Of a stretch of DNA of 22,823 nt, positions 1 to 8,085 are shown piece after piece. Source of the stretch: Patescibacteria group bacterium (GTDB lineage: Bacteria; Patescibacteriota; Gracilibacteria; BD1-5; UBA2023); assembly GCA_049301335.1 (NCBI GenBank), contig JBAQKV010000030.1, positions 1-22,823 on the forward strand, written 5' to 3'. A model generated the notes under the pieces. It saw nothing but the letters and a program-made list of their open reading frames with translations, had not been told where the DNA came from and ran no database searches. Numbering within the stretch: position 1 is the stretch's first letter; each line of letters opens with the position of its first letter. The position numbers were made by a program, and so were the translations under genes.

Positions 1-23
1 CAGTGGGCTTATGGAAGAATACT

Positions 24-50
24 TTGCAAACAGCTGAAAAAAGTAATAAT
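24..50 (+). promoter_or_regulatory. candidate sigma70-type promoter (TTGCAA, 15-nt spacer, AATAAT) in AT-rich leader
   Basis: TTGCAA at 24-29 and AATAAT at 45-50. It lies in the only strongly AT-rich stretch of the window (1-60). The 15-nt spacing matches the promoters at 11820 and 19034. Confidence 0.3.
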
Positions 51-56
51 CCGAAA

Positions 57-258
57 ATTTAATAGACCCAAGGAGACTCTTTTTTCCTCAGTGTCGCCCC
101 GGCCTGCCGCCCGGAGGCTCGCTTCGGAAAACTCCTTGCGACGAAACGTGCCATCCGTGGCACGTTTTCCCCAGCTCGCGCCGCTCGCCGGTGTCGCTGC
201 GGCTTCGAGTCTCCAAGGTTCAGGAGAGAAACAAAAACACCCCATTTGGGGTGTTTTT
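57..258 (+). ncRNA. candidate ~200-nt structured small RNA, class unknown
   Basis: Non-coding interval bounded by the candidate promoter (24-50) and an intrinsic terminator (234-258). An 8-bp long-range helix pairs GGAGACTC (72-79) with GAGTCTCC (207-214). An 11-bp apical hairpin runs GAAACGTGCCA-tccg-TGGCACGTTTC (143-168). No plausible ORF. I found no SRP, RNase P, tmRNA or 6S signature motif. Confidence 0.25.
234..258. terminator. bidirectional intrinsic terminator
   Basis: AAAAACACCCCA-tttg-GGGTGTTTTTT: a GC stem flanked by an A-run and a T-run, so it reads as hairpin plus U-tract on both strands. It lies immediately downstream of the tRNA-Ala 3' end on the minus strand. Confidence 0.75.
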
Positions 259-268
259 TGATTTTCAC

Positions 269-345
269 TGGTGGACCCAAGGAGACTCGAACTCCTGACC
301 TCTTCCATGCCATGGAAGCGTTCTAGCCAACTGAACTATGGGCCC
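269..345 (-). tRNA. tRNA-Ala (anticodon GGC), CCA encoded
   Basis: The reverse complement is GGGCCCATAGTTCAGTTGGCTAGAACGCTTCCATGGCATGGAAGAGGTCAGGAGTTCGAGTCTCCTTGGGTCCACCA. It folds as a cloverleaf with a 7-bp acceptor stem including the G3:U70 Ala identity pair. The anticodon loop is AT-GGC-AT and the T-loop is TTCGAGT. Confidence 0.93.
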
Positions 346-359
346 GTAAAGCGGGTCGA

Positions 360-387
360 AATATATCCGAAGCCCAATCGAAATCAA
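360..387 (-). promoter_or_regulatory. candidate promoter for tRNA-Ala (TTGATT, 16 nt, TATATT)
   Basis: On the minus strand, TTGATT (387-382) and TATATT (365-360) are separated by a 16-nt spacer. The -10 element ends 14 nt upstream of the mature tRNA 5' end. Confidence 0.45.
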
Positions 388-400
388 GCCGATTTCAGAC

Positions 401-946
401 TTACGCGTGCGATTCGGCGAATACTCCCCTGCCCTTCTCCACGTTCTCCTCTATGCGTTCCAGCATGATTTCGTTGATCGTGCCGTTCTGGTTGGATATT
501 TCGAGGCAGGCGTCCTCGTCGAGAACGAGGCATTCCGTAGGTTCTATGGCCGTAATGGTCGCCGTGCGTTCGCATCCGGCGATGAGCGCGTATTCTCAAA
601 ACAGGCTGCCTTCGCGAAGCACCGTGAACGCGTCGCCTTCGATCGAGACCTCCACGGCACCGCACATGATGACGTACGCTTCGTCATTGCAGGCATCATG
701 TTCCGCCAATACGGTCTCGCCCTGCGGGAAACGCCGTACCCTGCTACGGGAAAGGATTCCCGACACCGTCGCTTCGTCCACTCCTTCGAAGAGCCCGTAT
801 TTCCGCACGCGTTCGCCAAAGCCCTCGCTTACCCCCGGTTCAACGGGAGCGGCAACGGGTTCCGCGGGCTTGTAGCCCAAGCGGGAGAGCGACGAGAGGT
901 CGATGGGCATATCACGGGATAAATGACGGACCGAAGGATATACCAT
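401..946 (-). CDS. cyclic-nucleotide-binding domain protein (181 aa; one in-frame TGA at 596-598 read as Gly)
   Basis: ORF 596..1084 continues in the same frame past TGA to TAA at 401-403. The joined sequence reads ...AFTVLREGSLF[G]EYALIAGCERTATITAIEP..., matching the cNMP-binding FGE-x-AL and R-[ST]-A-[ST] motifs. ATG at 946 is preceded by GGAGGG with a 7-nt spacer. The longer ORF-track start overlaps tRNA-Ser. Confidence 0.8.
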
Positions 947-991
947 TCGAAATCCCTCCGCAAGCCTACTTTTCATACCGGAGCACCACGT

Positions 992-1018
992 AAAACCCCC
1001 GCTTTCGCGGGGGTTTTT
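992..1018. terminator. intrinsic terminator downstream of tRNA-Ser
   Basis: AAAACCCCCGC-tttc-GCGGGGGTTTTT, a 7-bp GC stem with flanking A and T runs. Confidence 0.7.
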
Positions 1019-1028
1019 GGCTTTCAAA

Positions 1029-1116
1029 TGGCGGAGAGAGGGAGATTCGAACTCCCGGTGGGTTGCCCCACACACGCTTTCCAAGCGTGCGCACTAGGCC
1101 ACTATGCGACCTCTCC
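1029..1116 (-). tRNA. tRNA-Ser (anticodon GGA), long variable arm, CCA encoded
   Basis: The reverse complement is GGAGAGGTCGCATAGTGGCCTAGTGCGCACGCTTGGAAAGCGTGTGTGGGGCAACCCACCGGGAGTTCGAATCTCCCTCTCTCCGCCA. Anticodon stem CACGC/GCGTG, loop TT-GGA-AA. It has a long variable arm, T-arm GGGAG-TTCGAAT-CTCCC and discriminator G. Confidence 0.92.
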
Positions 1117-1180
1117 ATGTCTACTGAAAGCGTGGATGAGTCTATAGAAAATCCCGTTTCGCGCAAATCGAAATTCGCAA

Positions 1181-1209
1181 TTTCCGTTTTCGTCCGCTTT
1201 ACGTATAAT
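1181..1209 (+). promoter_or_regulatory. candidate promoter (perfect TATAAT -10, weak -35)
   Basis: TATAAT at 1204-1209, 33 nt upstream of the ATG at 1243. The only -35 candidate at 17-nt spacing is TTTCCG (1181-1186). Confidence 0.3.
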
Positions 1210-1242
1210 CTCGCTCGAATTTTCGGTTCTCACGCCCACCGT

Positions 1243-1776
1243 ATGCAAGAACAGATCGAACAAATCAGCCTCCGGTTTTTCACCCTCATGGGAATAACCG
1301 TAGAATCCGTTTCGGCCGAAGCGGAAGAAGAAAAGCGCCGCATCTACCGCGTCGCGGTTAAAACGCCCGATTCCAAGCTCCTCATCGGAATGCACGGCCA
1401 AACGCTCGAAACCGTCCGCCACCTGCTCACCCGCCTGGTAGAGCGTACCATCGGGAAATCGTTCCTCATCCACCTCGAGGTCAACGACTACCTCCAGTCG
1501 AAAGACGACCGCCTCTTCCGCCGCATCGACGAGAAGATCGCTTCGCTTAAGACTACCGGCTGAGAAACCACCCTCGGCGAACTCTCCAGCTACGAACGCA
1601 AGAAGGTCCACGCCTACGTGGCCGAAAAGAACGTCGAAGGGCTCTCCACCCGCTCCACCGGCGAAGGCGAATCCCGCGTTCTCCATCTGGCGTATTCCGG
1701 ACCGGTCGAAAAAGCCCACGTCCACGCCAAAGCCTCTTCCCTCGCCGATCTTTCCGAAGACGGGGTCGGAATCTAA
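1243..1776 (+). CDS. Jag/KhpB-like KH + R3H RNA-binding protein (177 aa; in-frame TGA at 1561-1563)
   Basis: ORF 1063..1563 continues in frame past TGA to TAA at 1774-1776. The C-terminal extension ...ETTLGELSSYERKKVHAYVAEKNVEGLSTRSTGEGESRVLHLAY... is an R3H-type motif. The N-terminal half (LLIGMHGQTLETVRHLL) is KH-like. Start chosen at ATG 1243 (MQEQIEQ...) because upstream codons overlap tRNA-Ser. Confidence 0.7.
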
Positions 1777-1800
1777 AACCAAATAATCACGTCATACGTA

Positions 1801-2940
1801 ATGAGAACCGTCGCGCTTCTTCTGCTCGTGGCCGCATCGGGCTGGTTTTTCCAGTACGCGTCGCAAAAAACGAGACCCGTCCACCTCAATATCGAATACC
1901 GCCTCATCCAGCATCCCGAATTCATCCCCAAAGTCGAGGACGTCCGTCTCATCGCTTCGGGTTTCGATAACGTGATAGCGGATTTTTATTGGCTCTCCGC
2001 CATCCAATACGTCGGAGAAAACGCCGTTTCGTCGGAATACAAGCGTTTCCTTTACGAAATGCTGTCGCTCGTGACCGACCTCAACCCCGCGTTCACCACC
2101 CCGTACGAAGTAGGCCTCCTCCTTCTTCCCGATATCAACCCGAGCGCCGAGAAATTCAACAAGACCGAAGCCGACATGAACGTTCAGAAGGCGGTATGGC
2201 TTTGAGAAAAAGGAATGAGGACCACTTGCGACGCGAAAAAAGTCGAAAAGATCCTCGCCGAACCCGTTCTCTCGAAAGTTTGGACGGATCCGCAATACGA
2301 AAGCCCCTGCAGCAATTCGATGGTTCCGTACTACCTCGCGTACGTCGAATACTACAACCGCAAGAACGCCGACAAGGCGAGCGACTACTACCGCATCGCC
2401 GCGGCCAGTAAGGACGCCCCCACCGGAGCGCGCATGATGAGCGCGATTATGAAGGGCAAATCCGGAGGACGTGAGAAATCCATCCTCATGTTCCTTTCCA
2501 TCGCCGAATCCCTCCAGCCGGGACAAGCGAGCGCAGAGGCCTGCCGAACCGTCTCCCGCGAAATGCGCGACTATCTCGTCAAGCCGTTCTCTTCCGAATT
2601 CCAGGGCGAAATCCCCACCGAATTCGTCAAACTCGCGGAAGCGTACCGGGTAGAGGCGACAAAAGGACTGAAAGAAGACGCGGCCAAAGCGGAATCGATG
2701 GACGCGCTCTGTTCGACCTACCTCGGCAAAGCGATGCGCGAACTCAATCTCGAATATATCGCGAGAAAGGACGCGACGTTCGTGAAGAATACCGGAAAAC
2801 AGGTCATAGACGCCAAAGAGCTCCACGATTTGGGCGGATTGGACTACCTTCCGAAAGACTACCAAAAACTCGACGACGGACTCGAAATCATCTACGTCAA
2901 AGACGACGGAAAATGGGATTACGTCGGAGGAACGTACTAA
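1801..2940 (+). CDS. membrane-anchored protein of unknown function, possibly TPR-like helical (379 aa; in-frame TGA at 2203-2205)
   Basis: ORFs 1801..2205 and 2215..2940 share one frame and are separated only by TGA plus three sense codons (...KAVWL[G]EKGMRTT...). There is an N-terminal hydrophobic anchor (MRTVALLLLVAASGWFF). Stop is TAA. I recognise no specific family. Confidence 0.65.
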
Positions 2941-2942
2941 AG

Positions 2943-2973
2943 AAAAAACCGGCCCGTCAGGGCCGGTTTTTTT
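2943..2973. terminator. bidirectional intrinsic terminator between convergent genes
   Basis: AAAAAACCGGCCC-gtca-GGGCCGGTTTTTTT, a 7-bp GC stem with A and T runs on both sides. Confidence 0.8.
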
Positions 2974-3007
2974 ATCGGCGTCACGACGGACGAGTCCGTG
3001 TCCGCGA

Positions 3008-3871
3008 TTAGTTGTCGGCGTTGAAGAGGCTGTACCGGAGCGCGTCGAAGTGGCGGCTGCGGTTCTCTTTGAATTCGAGGTTGGAGATGGCGTTTCCGGC
3101 CTTCCCTACCGCCGCGACGGACATTACGGGCTTCGAGAAGCCGTTGGACGAATCCACGCGGTATTCGATAGGCGTAGCGCCCGGATTGGTAACCGCGAGA
3201 TACGCGTCTTCGTAGTCTTCGAGAAAGTCGGCGAGATTCACGGAAACGTCGGTGGTATCGTCGTTAGCGTCGACCGAACGCATGTTTCCGGCGATCACGG
3301 TAGCGGCCGAACCGTTTCCGACGATGGCAGCGAGCCCGCCCGTCCCTACGATTCCGTACGTCTTCCCCGAAGCGTCGGATCCCATTACGTTCCAAGAGAA
3401 CGGCGCGTCGGAAGAAACGGTGAAATCGAAGGTCCGCTCGACGTTCGAAGTGCCCGCGCGCGGGTCTTTGAAAGCCGCGGAATCCACGGTGGAAAGGATT
3501 TTTCCCTTATCGAAGAAGAGCGGGACGATTTCCATCTGCCCCGGTTGGAGAACGCCCGAATAGCTTTTGGAAAACGCGGAGAGCGAATACCCCATTTCGG
3601 CGGCGCGGCGGTCGGCGGAAACGAAAACTTTTCCGTCCGCGGACGAACGTTTCATGACGTCTTCGAACCCCTCGCGGTGGTTCTTCACCTTGAGCAACGC
3701 GTATTCCATTCCGCCTTCGGCTCAGGCGTACGCGGCGAAACCGTCGAAAAGCGAACGGCTGATGCGGGATTCCGCGACGAAAAGGAAAAGCACCCCCGCG
3801 GAAAGCACGACCAAAAAGGCCGTGAGGAGGATGGCGATGACGCTCGAGAATCCGCGTTGGTTGGTTCGCAT
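3008..3871 (-). CDS. PilX-like minor pilin / pilus-associated protein (287 aa; in-frame TGA at 3722-3724)
   Basis: ORFs 3722..3937 and 3008..3709 share a frame and join as ...FDGFAAYA[G]AEGGMEYALL.... The N-terminus MRTNQRGFSSVIAILLTAFLVVLSAG resembles the PilX N-terminal anchor (no Glu at +5). ATG 3871 lies 1 nt after the upstream TAG. Stop is TAA. Confidence 0.6.
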
Positions 3872-3872
3872 G

Positions 3873-4526
3873 CTAGTAGGACTTATAGATTTTCTCGCTG
3901 ATCGTCGTCTGCGCGCGGATCTTGAGTCCGGCCGCAACCTTCGGATCGACGCCCTTCCCTTCCGGAATAGCGAGGATGAACGACGCGGTGACTTTGGCTT
4001 CGCGGAGCGCTTCGGTACCCACGGTACCCGAAGTAACGGAATCGCCCGACGCCCCCACGATATGGAAGCGGAGCCCTTCGACCTTGACGCGGGAGTCGGT
4101 AAGCCGTTCGCGAGAAGAAGTACCGTCGGCGGCGACCGATTCGCGGCCGAGGTAGCACGCGCCGGAACCGGTGGAGTCGCAAGCTACCGGCCCGGAAACC
4201 GAATCTTCCATCAGGTAGTAGCGGGCGGCGTTGCCCAATGCGTCGGGACGGATGGCCAATACGGAATTCCCATTGCGGTAATCGAGGGTACGGATGGCGG
4301 AACCTCCGTCGTAGAACGAGAGGTCGACGCCCTTTTCGCGGATTTCCTTGGCGAACATTTCCGTCATCGAACGTCCGTTTTCTTGGAGGGAGCGGGCGAA
4401 TTCGAGGCGGCGGTTCAGAGAGAGCACTCCCAAATAGATTTCGAACACCGAAACCATCACCACCGCCAGAATGGTGACGGCGACGATCATTTCCACGAGG
4501 GTGAAGGCGTTCTGTCGGACTCTCAT
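3873..4526 (-). CDS. prepilin-type pseudopilin (PilW/GspJ-like, 217 aa)
   Basis: N-terminal MRVRQNA|FTLVEMIVAVTILAVV is a class III signal peptide / N-methylation motif with Glu at +5. Stop-start junctions on both sides suggest translational coupling. Confidence 0.8.
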   Translation of the reverse strand: MRVRQNAFTLVEMIVAVTILAVVMVSVFEIYLGVLSLNRRLEFARSLQENGRSMTEMFAKEIREKGVDLSFYDGGSAIRTLDYRNGNSVLAIRPDALGNAARYYLMEDSVSGPVACDSTGSGACYLGRESVAADGTSSRERLTDSRVKVEGLRFHIVGASGDSVTSGTVGTEALREAKVTASFILAIPEGKGVDPKVAAGLKIRAQTTISEKIYKSY

Positions 4527-4527
4527 A

Positions 4528-5190
4528 TTACCTTTTCCAATCGGTTATGACGGTATTCATCGAAAGCTCGCGGTACCCCGAAGCGACCGAGACGAAGTGC
4601 GCGGAAACGGCGAGCGCCCCGCTGACGGAAGCGGATCCCCCGCCCCCGGCCTGGTCGGCCGAAAGGTTGGAAACCGTAACGTACGCGTAGTACGGGGTTT
4701 TTGCGTTCGAACCGGAACAATCGTGTACGTAGCGCCCCTGGAGATCGAGACAGAGTCTGAACTTCGTACCGGATACGGCATTGGTTTCGGCGACGATGTC
4801 GGCCTTAGTGGGAGCGGCGGCGACGCGGTGGACGCGGACCGGCGAAGACGTGCTCGAAAAATCGTTCTCGATCACGTAGGTTCCCGGAGTGAGGCGGCAA
4901 TTGTCGGGAGACGGACAGAAAGACGGGTCTTCGGTGGTGACGGTGACTCCCGAGCGGAGCGAATCCCACGAACGGAGCCCCATCCAGTTGGAATCGCGAA
5001 CGTTCTTTACGAGTTCGAGGCGTTCGCGCAGGAGGTTACCCCCCACGATTTCGTCGCGCGAGCGCTCCGAAAGGAAGGTCGCGGTACGCAGGAGCGAATA
5101 CGCGGCCACGAGCCCGAGCGCGAACACGACGATAGCCACCATGAGTTCGATCATGGTGAACGCGCTGTTGGAACGGAAACGGTATCGCAT
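4528..5190 (-). CDS. prepilin-type pseudopilin (PilV/GspI-like, 220 aa)
   Basis: N-terminal MRYRFRSNSA|FTMIELMVAIVVFALG is a prepilin cleavage/methylation motif. Stop is TAA at 4528-4530. Confidence 0.8.
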   Translation of the reverse strand: MRYRFRSNSAFTMIELMVAIVVFALGLVAAYSLLRTATFLSERSRDEIVGGNLLRERLELVKNVRDSNWMGLRSWDSLRSGVTVTTEDPSFCPSPDNCRLTPGTYVIENDFSSTSSPVRVHRVAAAPTKADIVAETNAVSGTKFRLCLDLQGRYVHDCSGSNAKTPYYAYVTVSNLSADQAGGGGSASVSGALAVSAHFVSVASGYRELSMNTVITDWKR

Positions 5191-5191
5191 G

Positions 5192-5716
5192 CTAGTAAAC
5201 GGAAGCGTTACGGAACGGCTTGGAAAGACTGCCGGTGGAAGATCCCTTGAATCCTACGGTTCCTCCCGAAAAAACCAAGGCGTTCCCGTCGGCGTCGACC
5301 GAAGAAGGCGCGCCCGTAGGGGCGGAAAACTTCACCGTCACGAGGTCGGACGGCAGATCGCTGATGAGGACGTCCTTTTCGAGCGGAACTAGGCGGAGGA
5401 GCCGGTATTCCGAAGGCGCGGCGAATCCGCTGCCGGCTTTCGCCGCATAGAGCGAAAGCGACCCCGAGCCTTTCTGAAGGACTACGTAGGCGTCGCCGTT
5501 GAAATCGGTACCGGGGACGGACAAGCCCATGGCCGAAGTCAGTTTGGCTTCGGAAAAGGTCTGTTCGATCTTTTCCGAAGAAATGCGGACTTTGGCGATA
5601 TCGGAATAGTACGAATACGGCGCGTACGTCAAAACCGCGAGCAGCGAAACGATGGCGAGGACGACCATGAGTTCCACGAGCGAAAATCCGGAGGTTTTGG
5701 AAAAACGGGAATTCAT
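5192..5716 (-). CDS. prepilin-type pseudopilin (FimT/GspH-like, 174 aa)
   Basis: N-terminal MNSRFSKTSG|FSLVELMVVLAIVSLL is a canonical G|F-x-x-x-E prepilin motif. Stop is TAG at 5192-5194. Confidence 0.8.
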   Translation of the reverse strand: MNSRFSKTSGFSLVELMVVLAIVSLLAVLTYAPYSYYSDIAKVRISSEKIEQTFSEAKLTSAMGLSVPGTDFNGDAYVVLQKGSGSLSLYAAKAGSGFAAPSEYRLLRLVPLEKDVLISDLPSDLVTVKFSAPTGAPSSVDADGNALVFSGGTVGFKGSSTGSLSKPFRNASVY

Positions 5717-5726
5717 GGGAAACGGG

Positions 5727-6824
5727 TTATCCGACCACTTCGGTCACGCGCATGACGGCCGAGAAAATGGCGAGCGCGAACCAGAGGACGAATCCGCCGG
5801 CGAAAAGGATGGCGGCCGGTTCGACGAAGCGCACGAGGGTGGCGATGGATGCGTCGACTTCGCGGGAATATTGTTCAGCGAGGCGCGCGGTGACTTTGTT
5901 TACGGTGGAGGTGCGTTCTCCAGCCGCGATGATCTGTACGAAGTCGCGGGTGAAGACCTTGAAGGTCGGATCGACTTCCATGAAACTTTCGGCGAGCTTC
6001 TTGCCCATTTCGACCTTCGAGGCGACGTCGGCGATCATTTCTTCGTAGACGAGATTGCCGGTGGCTTCCCCGGTGAGGCGGAGGGTTTTGATGATGGGAA
6101 TTCCGGCTCAGATGAGGAGCGAAAGCATCGAGGAAACGCGGACGATGAGGTAGTTGCGGTAGAGCGATCCGATGAGCGGAGCGCGGAGGGCGTAACGGTC
6201 GAAGGCGAGGCGCCCCGAATAGGTCGAAAACCAAGCACGAAGCCCGAATGCCGCAAGTATGAAGAACGCGATGATGAGCGTGAAATTGTCTCGGACGAAA
6301 TTCGAGGTGTCCATAAGCGACGCCGTCACGGCCGGAAGTTCGGTTCCGGAAGTTTGGAAGAGCGGTACGAGCTTGGGCACGACGTAGGTCATGACGACGA
6401 GGACCGCCACCATGAGGAACGTCATGATGACGAGCGGGTACGTGAGCGCCCCGGTGAGCTTCATGCGGATTTCGTCGCGGGAGCGGAGGTCGGCGGCGAT
6501 GCTCGCGAACGACTTCTGCAAGGTACCGGACTGTTCGCCGGATTCTACGATGGAAATCTCCGCGCGTCCGAAGGTGCGCGGGAGTTTTTTCATGGCGGTG
6601 GATACCGGATCGCCGGATTCGACCAAAAGGACGAGTTCGGAGACTTCGGCGTAGAAGCGGGGATTCCCCACCTTTTCCAAGAACGAATGGAGCGCCTGGA
6701 TGACGGTTACGCCGCCTTCGACGAGATTGGAGAGGTGTTCGAAGAAGAGCGCCTTTTCCTTCGTTCCGACGCGGTGCCAGAAGCGTACCGGCGGAAGTCC
6801 GGTTTCCTGGGTGTTGCTTTCCAT
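5727..6824 (-). CDS. pilC: type IV pilus / T2SS platform protein PilC (GspF family, 365 aa; in-frame TGA at 6108-6110)
   Basis: ORFs 6108..6824 and 5727..6038 share a frame. The join reads ...VRVSSMLSLLI[G]AGIPIIKTLRLTGEATGNLVYEEMIADV..., which restores the second GspF repeat (compare the first repeat, LSNLVEGGVTVIQAL). It has three TM segments. Stop is TAA. Confidence 0.9.
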
Positions 6825-6825
6825 T

Positions 6826-7395
6826 TTAACGGGGGGAATAGTGGGAGAAACCGAGGCTTACGGAAACCTGAAAAGTTCCGTTCCTAGGCGACGTCGAGTC
6901 GAACGGGAAATTCGCGGACTTGATGACGTAGCGCTTCTTGCCGGTTTCGCCGGTGAGGTATTCGAAATACTGCATGAGCGCGGCCTGGTTGCCCGCGCGG
7001 AGCGTGAGGTCGACGGTTCCCTGCGAGAGGCCGTTCGGCATGCGCGAACCCTTGTCGATGCCGATGGAGAGCGGAAGGACTCCGCTCGAACCGGTAAAGA
7101 GGCTGTCGAGAATGGCGTCTTCGCGGAACGGCGCGGCGTAGCGGGCGATGTCGGCGGCGAAGGCCGGGGTCGCGGACTGTTCCTTGAACGCGTTGAGCTT
7201 GGCCAATTCGGCGGATTTTTCGGATTTTTCCTTTACGGCCTGGGCGTATTCGTCTTTCTTGCCGGTAAGCGCGTAGTAATCCGGATACGCTGAAAACGCG
7301 GCGAGGAGGATGGCTGCGGCGAGAAGGACGGCCGGAAGGAATTCGGAAGTCTGGGACTTCTTCTTGATGACTTCGGTGGGCTGGGGGCTTCGCAT
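6826..7395 (-). CDS. PilO-like bitopic pilus assembly protein (189 aa)
   Basis: Single N-terminal TM (FLPAVLLAAAILLAAF), a coiled-coil stretch, then a globular C-terminal domain. It sits between the PilN-like gene and pilC. The assignment rests on architecture and position, not on recognised motifs. Confidence 0.5.
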   Translation of the reverse strand: MRSPQPTEVIKKKSQTSEFLPAVLLAAAILLAAFSAYPDYYALTGKKDEYAQAVKEKSEKSAELAKLNAFKEQSATPAFAADIARYAAPFREDAILDSLFTGSSGVLPLSIGIDKGSRMPNGLSQGTVDLTLRAGNQAALMQYFEYLTGETGKKRYVIKSANFPFDSTSPRNGTFQVSVSLGFSHYSPR

Positions 7396-7419
7396 ACGGA
7401 AGAACGGTTATTCGGGAGG

Positions 7420-7986
7420 CTACTTGATCTTGAAATCCGCGTTGAACGTGCGGTGCGTATCGTCGCCGGAGACGAGCTTGAGTTCGCCGAGGGTGAACGG
7501 CGAGGTCGCGGCGGAGCCGCTTCCGGAACGGAAATCCCCTACGAGGCGGATGACCTTGTCGACCGGATCGACGCCGACCGAAGTTTGGCGGGCGGTAATG
7601 ATGGTCGCGACTTTTCCCGCGGTGAACTGGAAACCGTCGAAGTCGACGTCGTAGTCGCGGTGGAGACGCATGAACTCGGCGACGTATTTCTGCGCCATGG
7701 AGCGTTCGACGTCCTTTTGGAGCGAAGCCTTGTTGCGGCCGAGGAGGTCGGCGGCGGCGACTGCCGGGTCGGCCTTGAGGGCGTTGATCTGGGTTTCGAA
7801 TTCGGAGAGTTCGTGGCGAACTCCCGAAATCTGCTCGGAAACCGTCCACGTCTGGTACTTCAAATACCCGGCGAATCCCACGGAGACCGCGAGGATGAGC
7901 ACCGAAGCCGTCATGAAAGAGCGCTTGGCCGGAGCCGGGGCTTTCTCTTGGATTTCCGGGGTTTCCGGCGAAATCTGTTCGTTCAT
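7420..7986 (-). CDS. PilN-like bitopic pilus assembly protein (188 aa)
   Basis: Short cytoplasmic N-terminus, one TM (FMTASVLILAVSVGFAGYL), a coiled-coil region and a C-terminal domain. It is the first gene of the pilus operon. The canonical PilM-binding INLLP motif is not seen. Confidence 0.45.
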   Translation of the reverse strand: MNEQISPETPEIQEKAPAPAKRSFMTASVLILAVSVGFAGYLKYQTWTVSEQISGVRHELSEFETQINALKADPAVAAADLLGRNKASLQKDVERSMAQKYVAEFMRLHRDYDVDFDGFQFTAGKVATIITARQTSVGVDPVDKVIRLVGDFRSGSGSAATSPFTLGELKLVSGDDTHRTFNADFKIK

Positions 7987-8050
7987 AGGGAAAAAGATGA
8001 AACTTCCGTATTAGGCTACCACGTTTCCGGCCCGAACGCAAAATCCCGGA

Positions 8051-8079
8051 TTGACGATTGGGTGGGGAGTCCGTATATT
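8051..8079 (+). promoter_or_regulatory. strong sigma70-type promoter for tsaE (TTGACG, 17 nt, TATATT)
   Basis: TTGACG at 8051-8056 and TATATT at 8074-8079 with an exact 17-nt spacer. The tsaE ATG begins 7 nt after the -10 hexamer. Confidence 0.6.
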
Positions 8080-8085
8080 CGAAAC

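Noticed and set aside
57-233. tmRNA, SRP (4.5S) RNA or RNase P RNA next to tRNA-Ala
   Set aside because: I could not find the SRP domain IV motif (GGAA tetraloop with AGCA), the RNase P GAGGAAAGTCC box, or a tmRNA tRNA-like end with an intact T-arm and CCA. The T-arm-like pieces do not form a complete stem-loop.
1117-1180. Promoter for tRNA-Ser
   Set aside because: The only candidates (TTGCGC ... TATAGA) have a 14-nt spacer and a poor -10. That is not enough to call.
5652-8041. Long ORFs 5652..6887 (+, 411 aa) and 6884..8041 (-, 385 aa, Arg-rich)
   Set aside because: These are antisense or off-frame shadows of pilC and the PilO-like and PilN-like genes. Their composition is dominated by Arg/Gly/Pro/Asp runs and they have no domain signatures.
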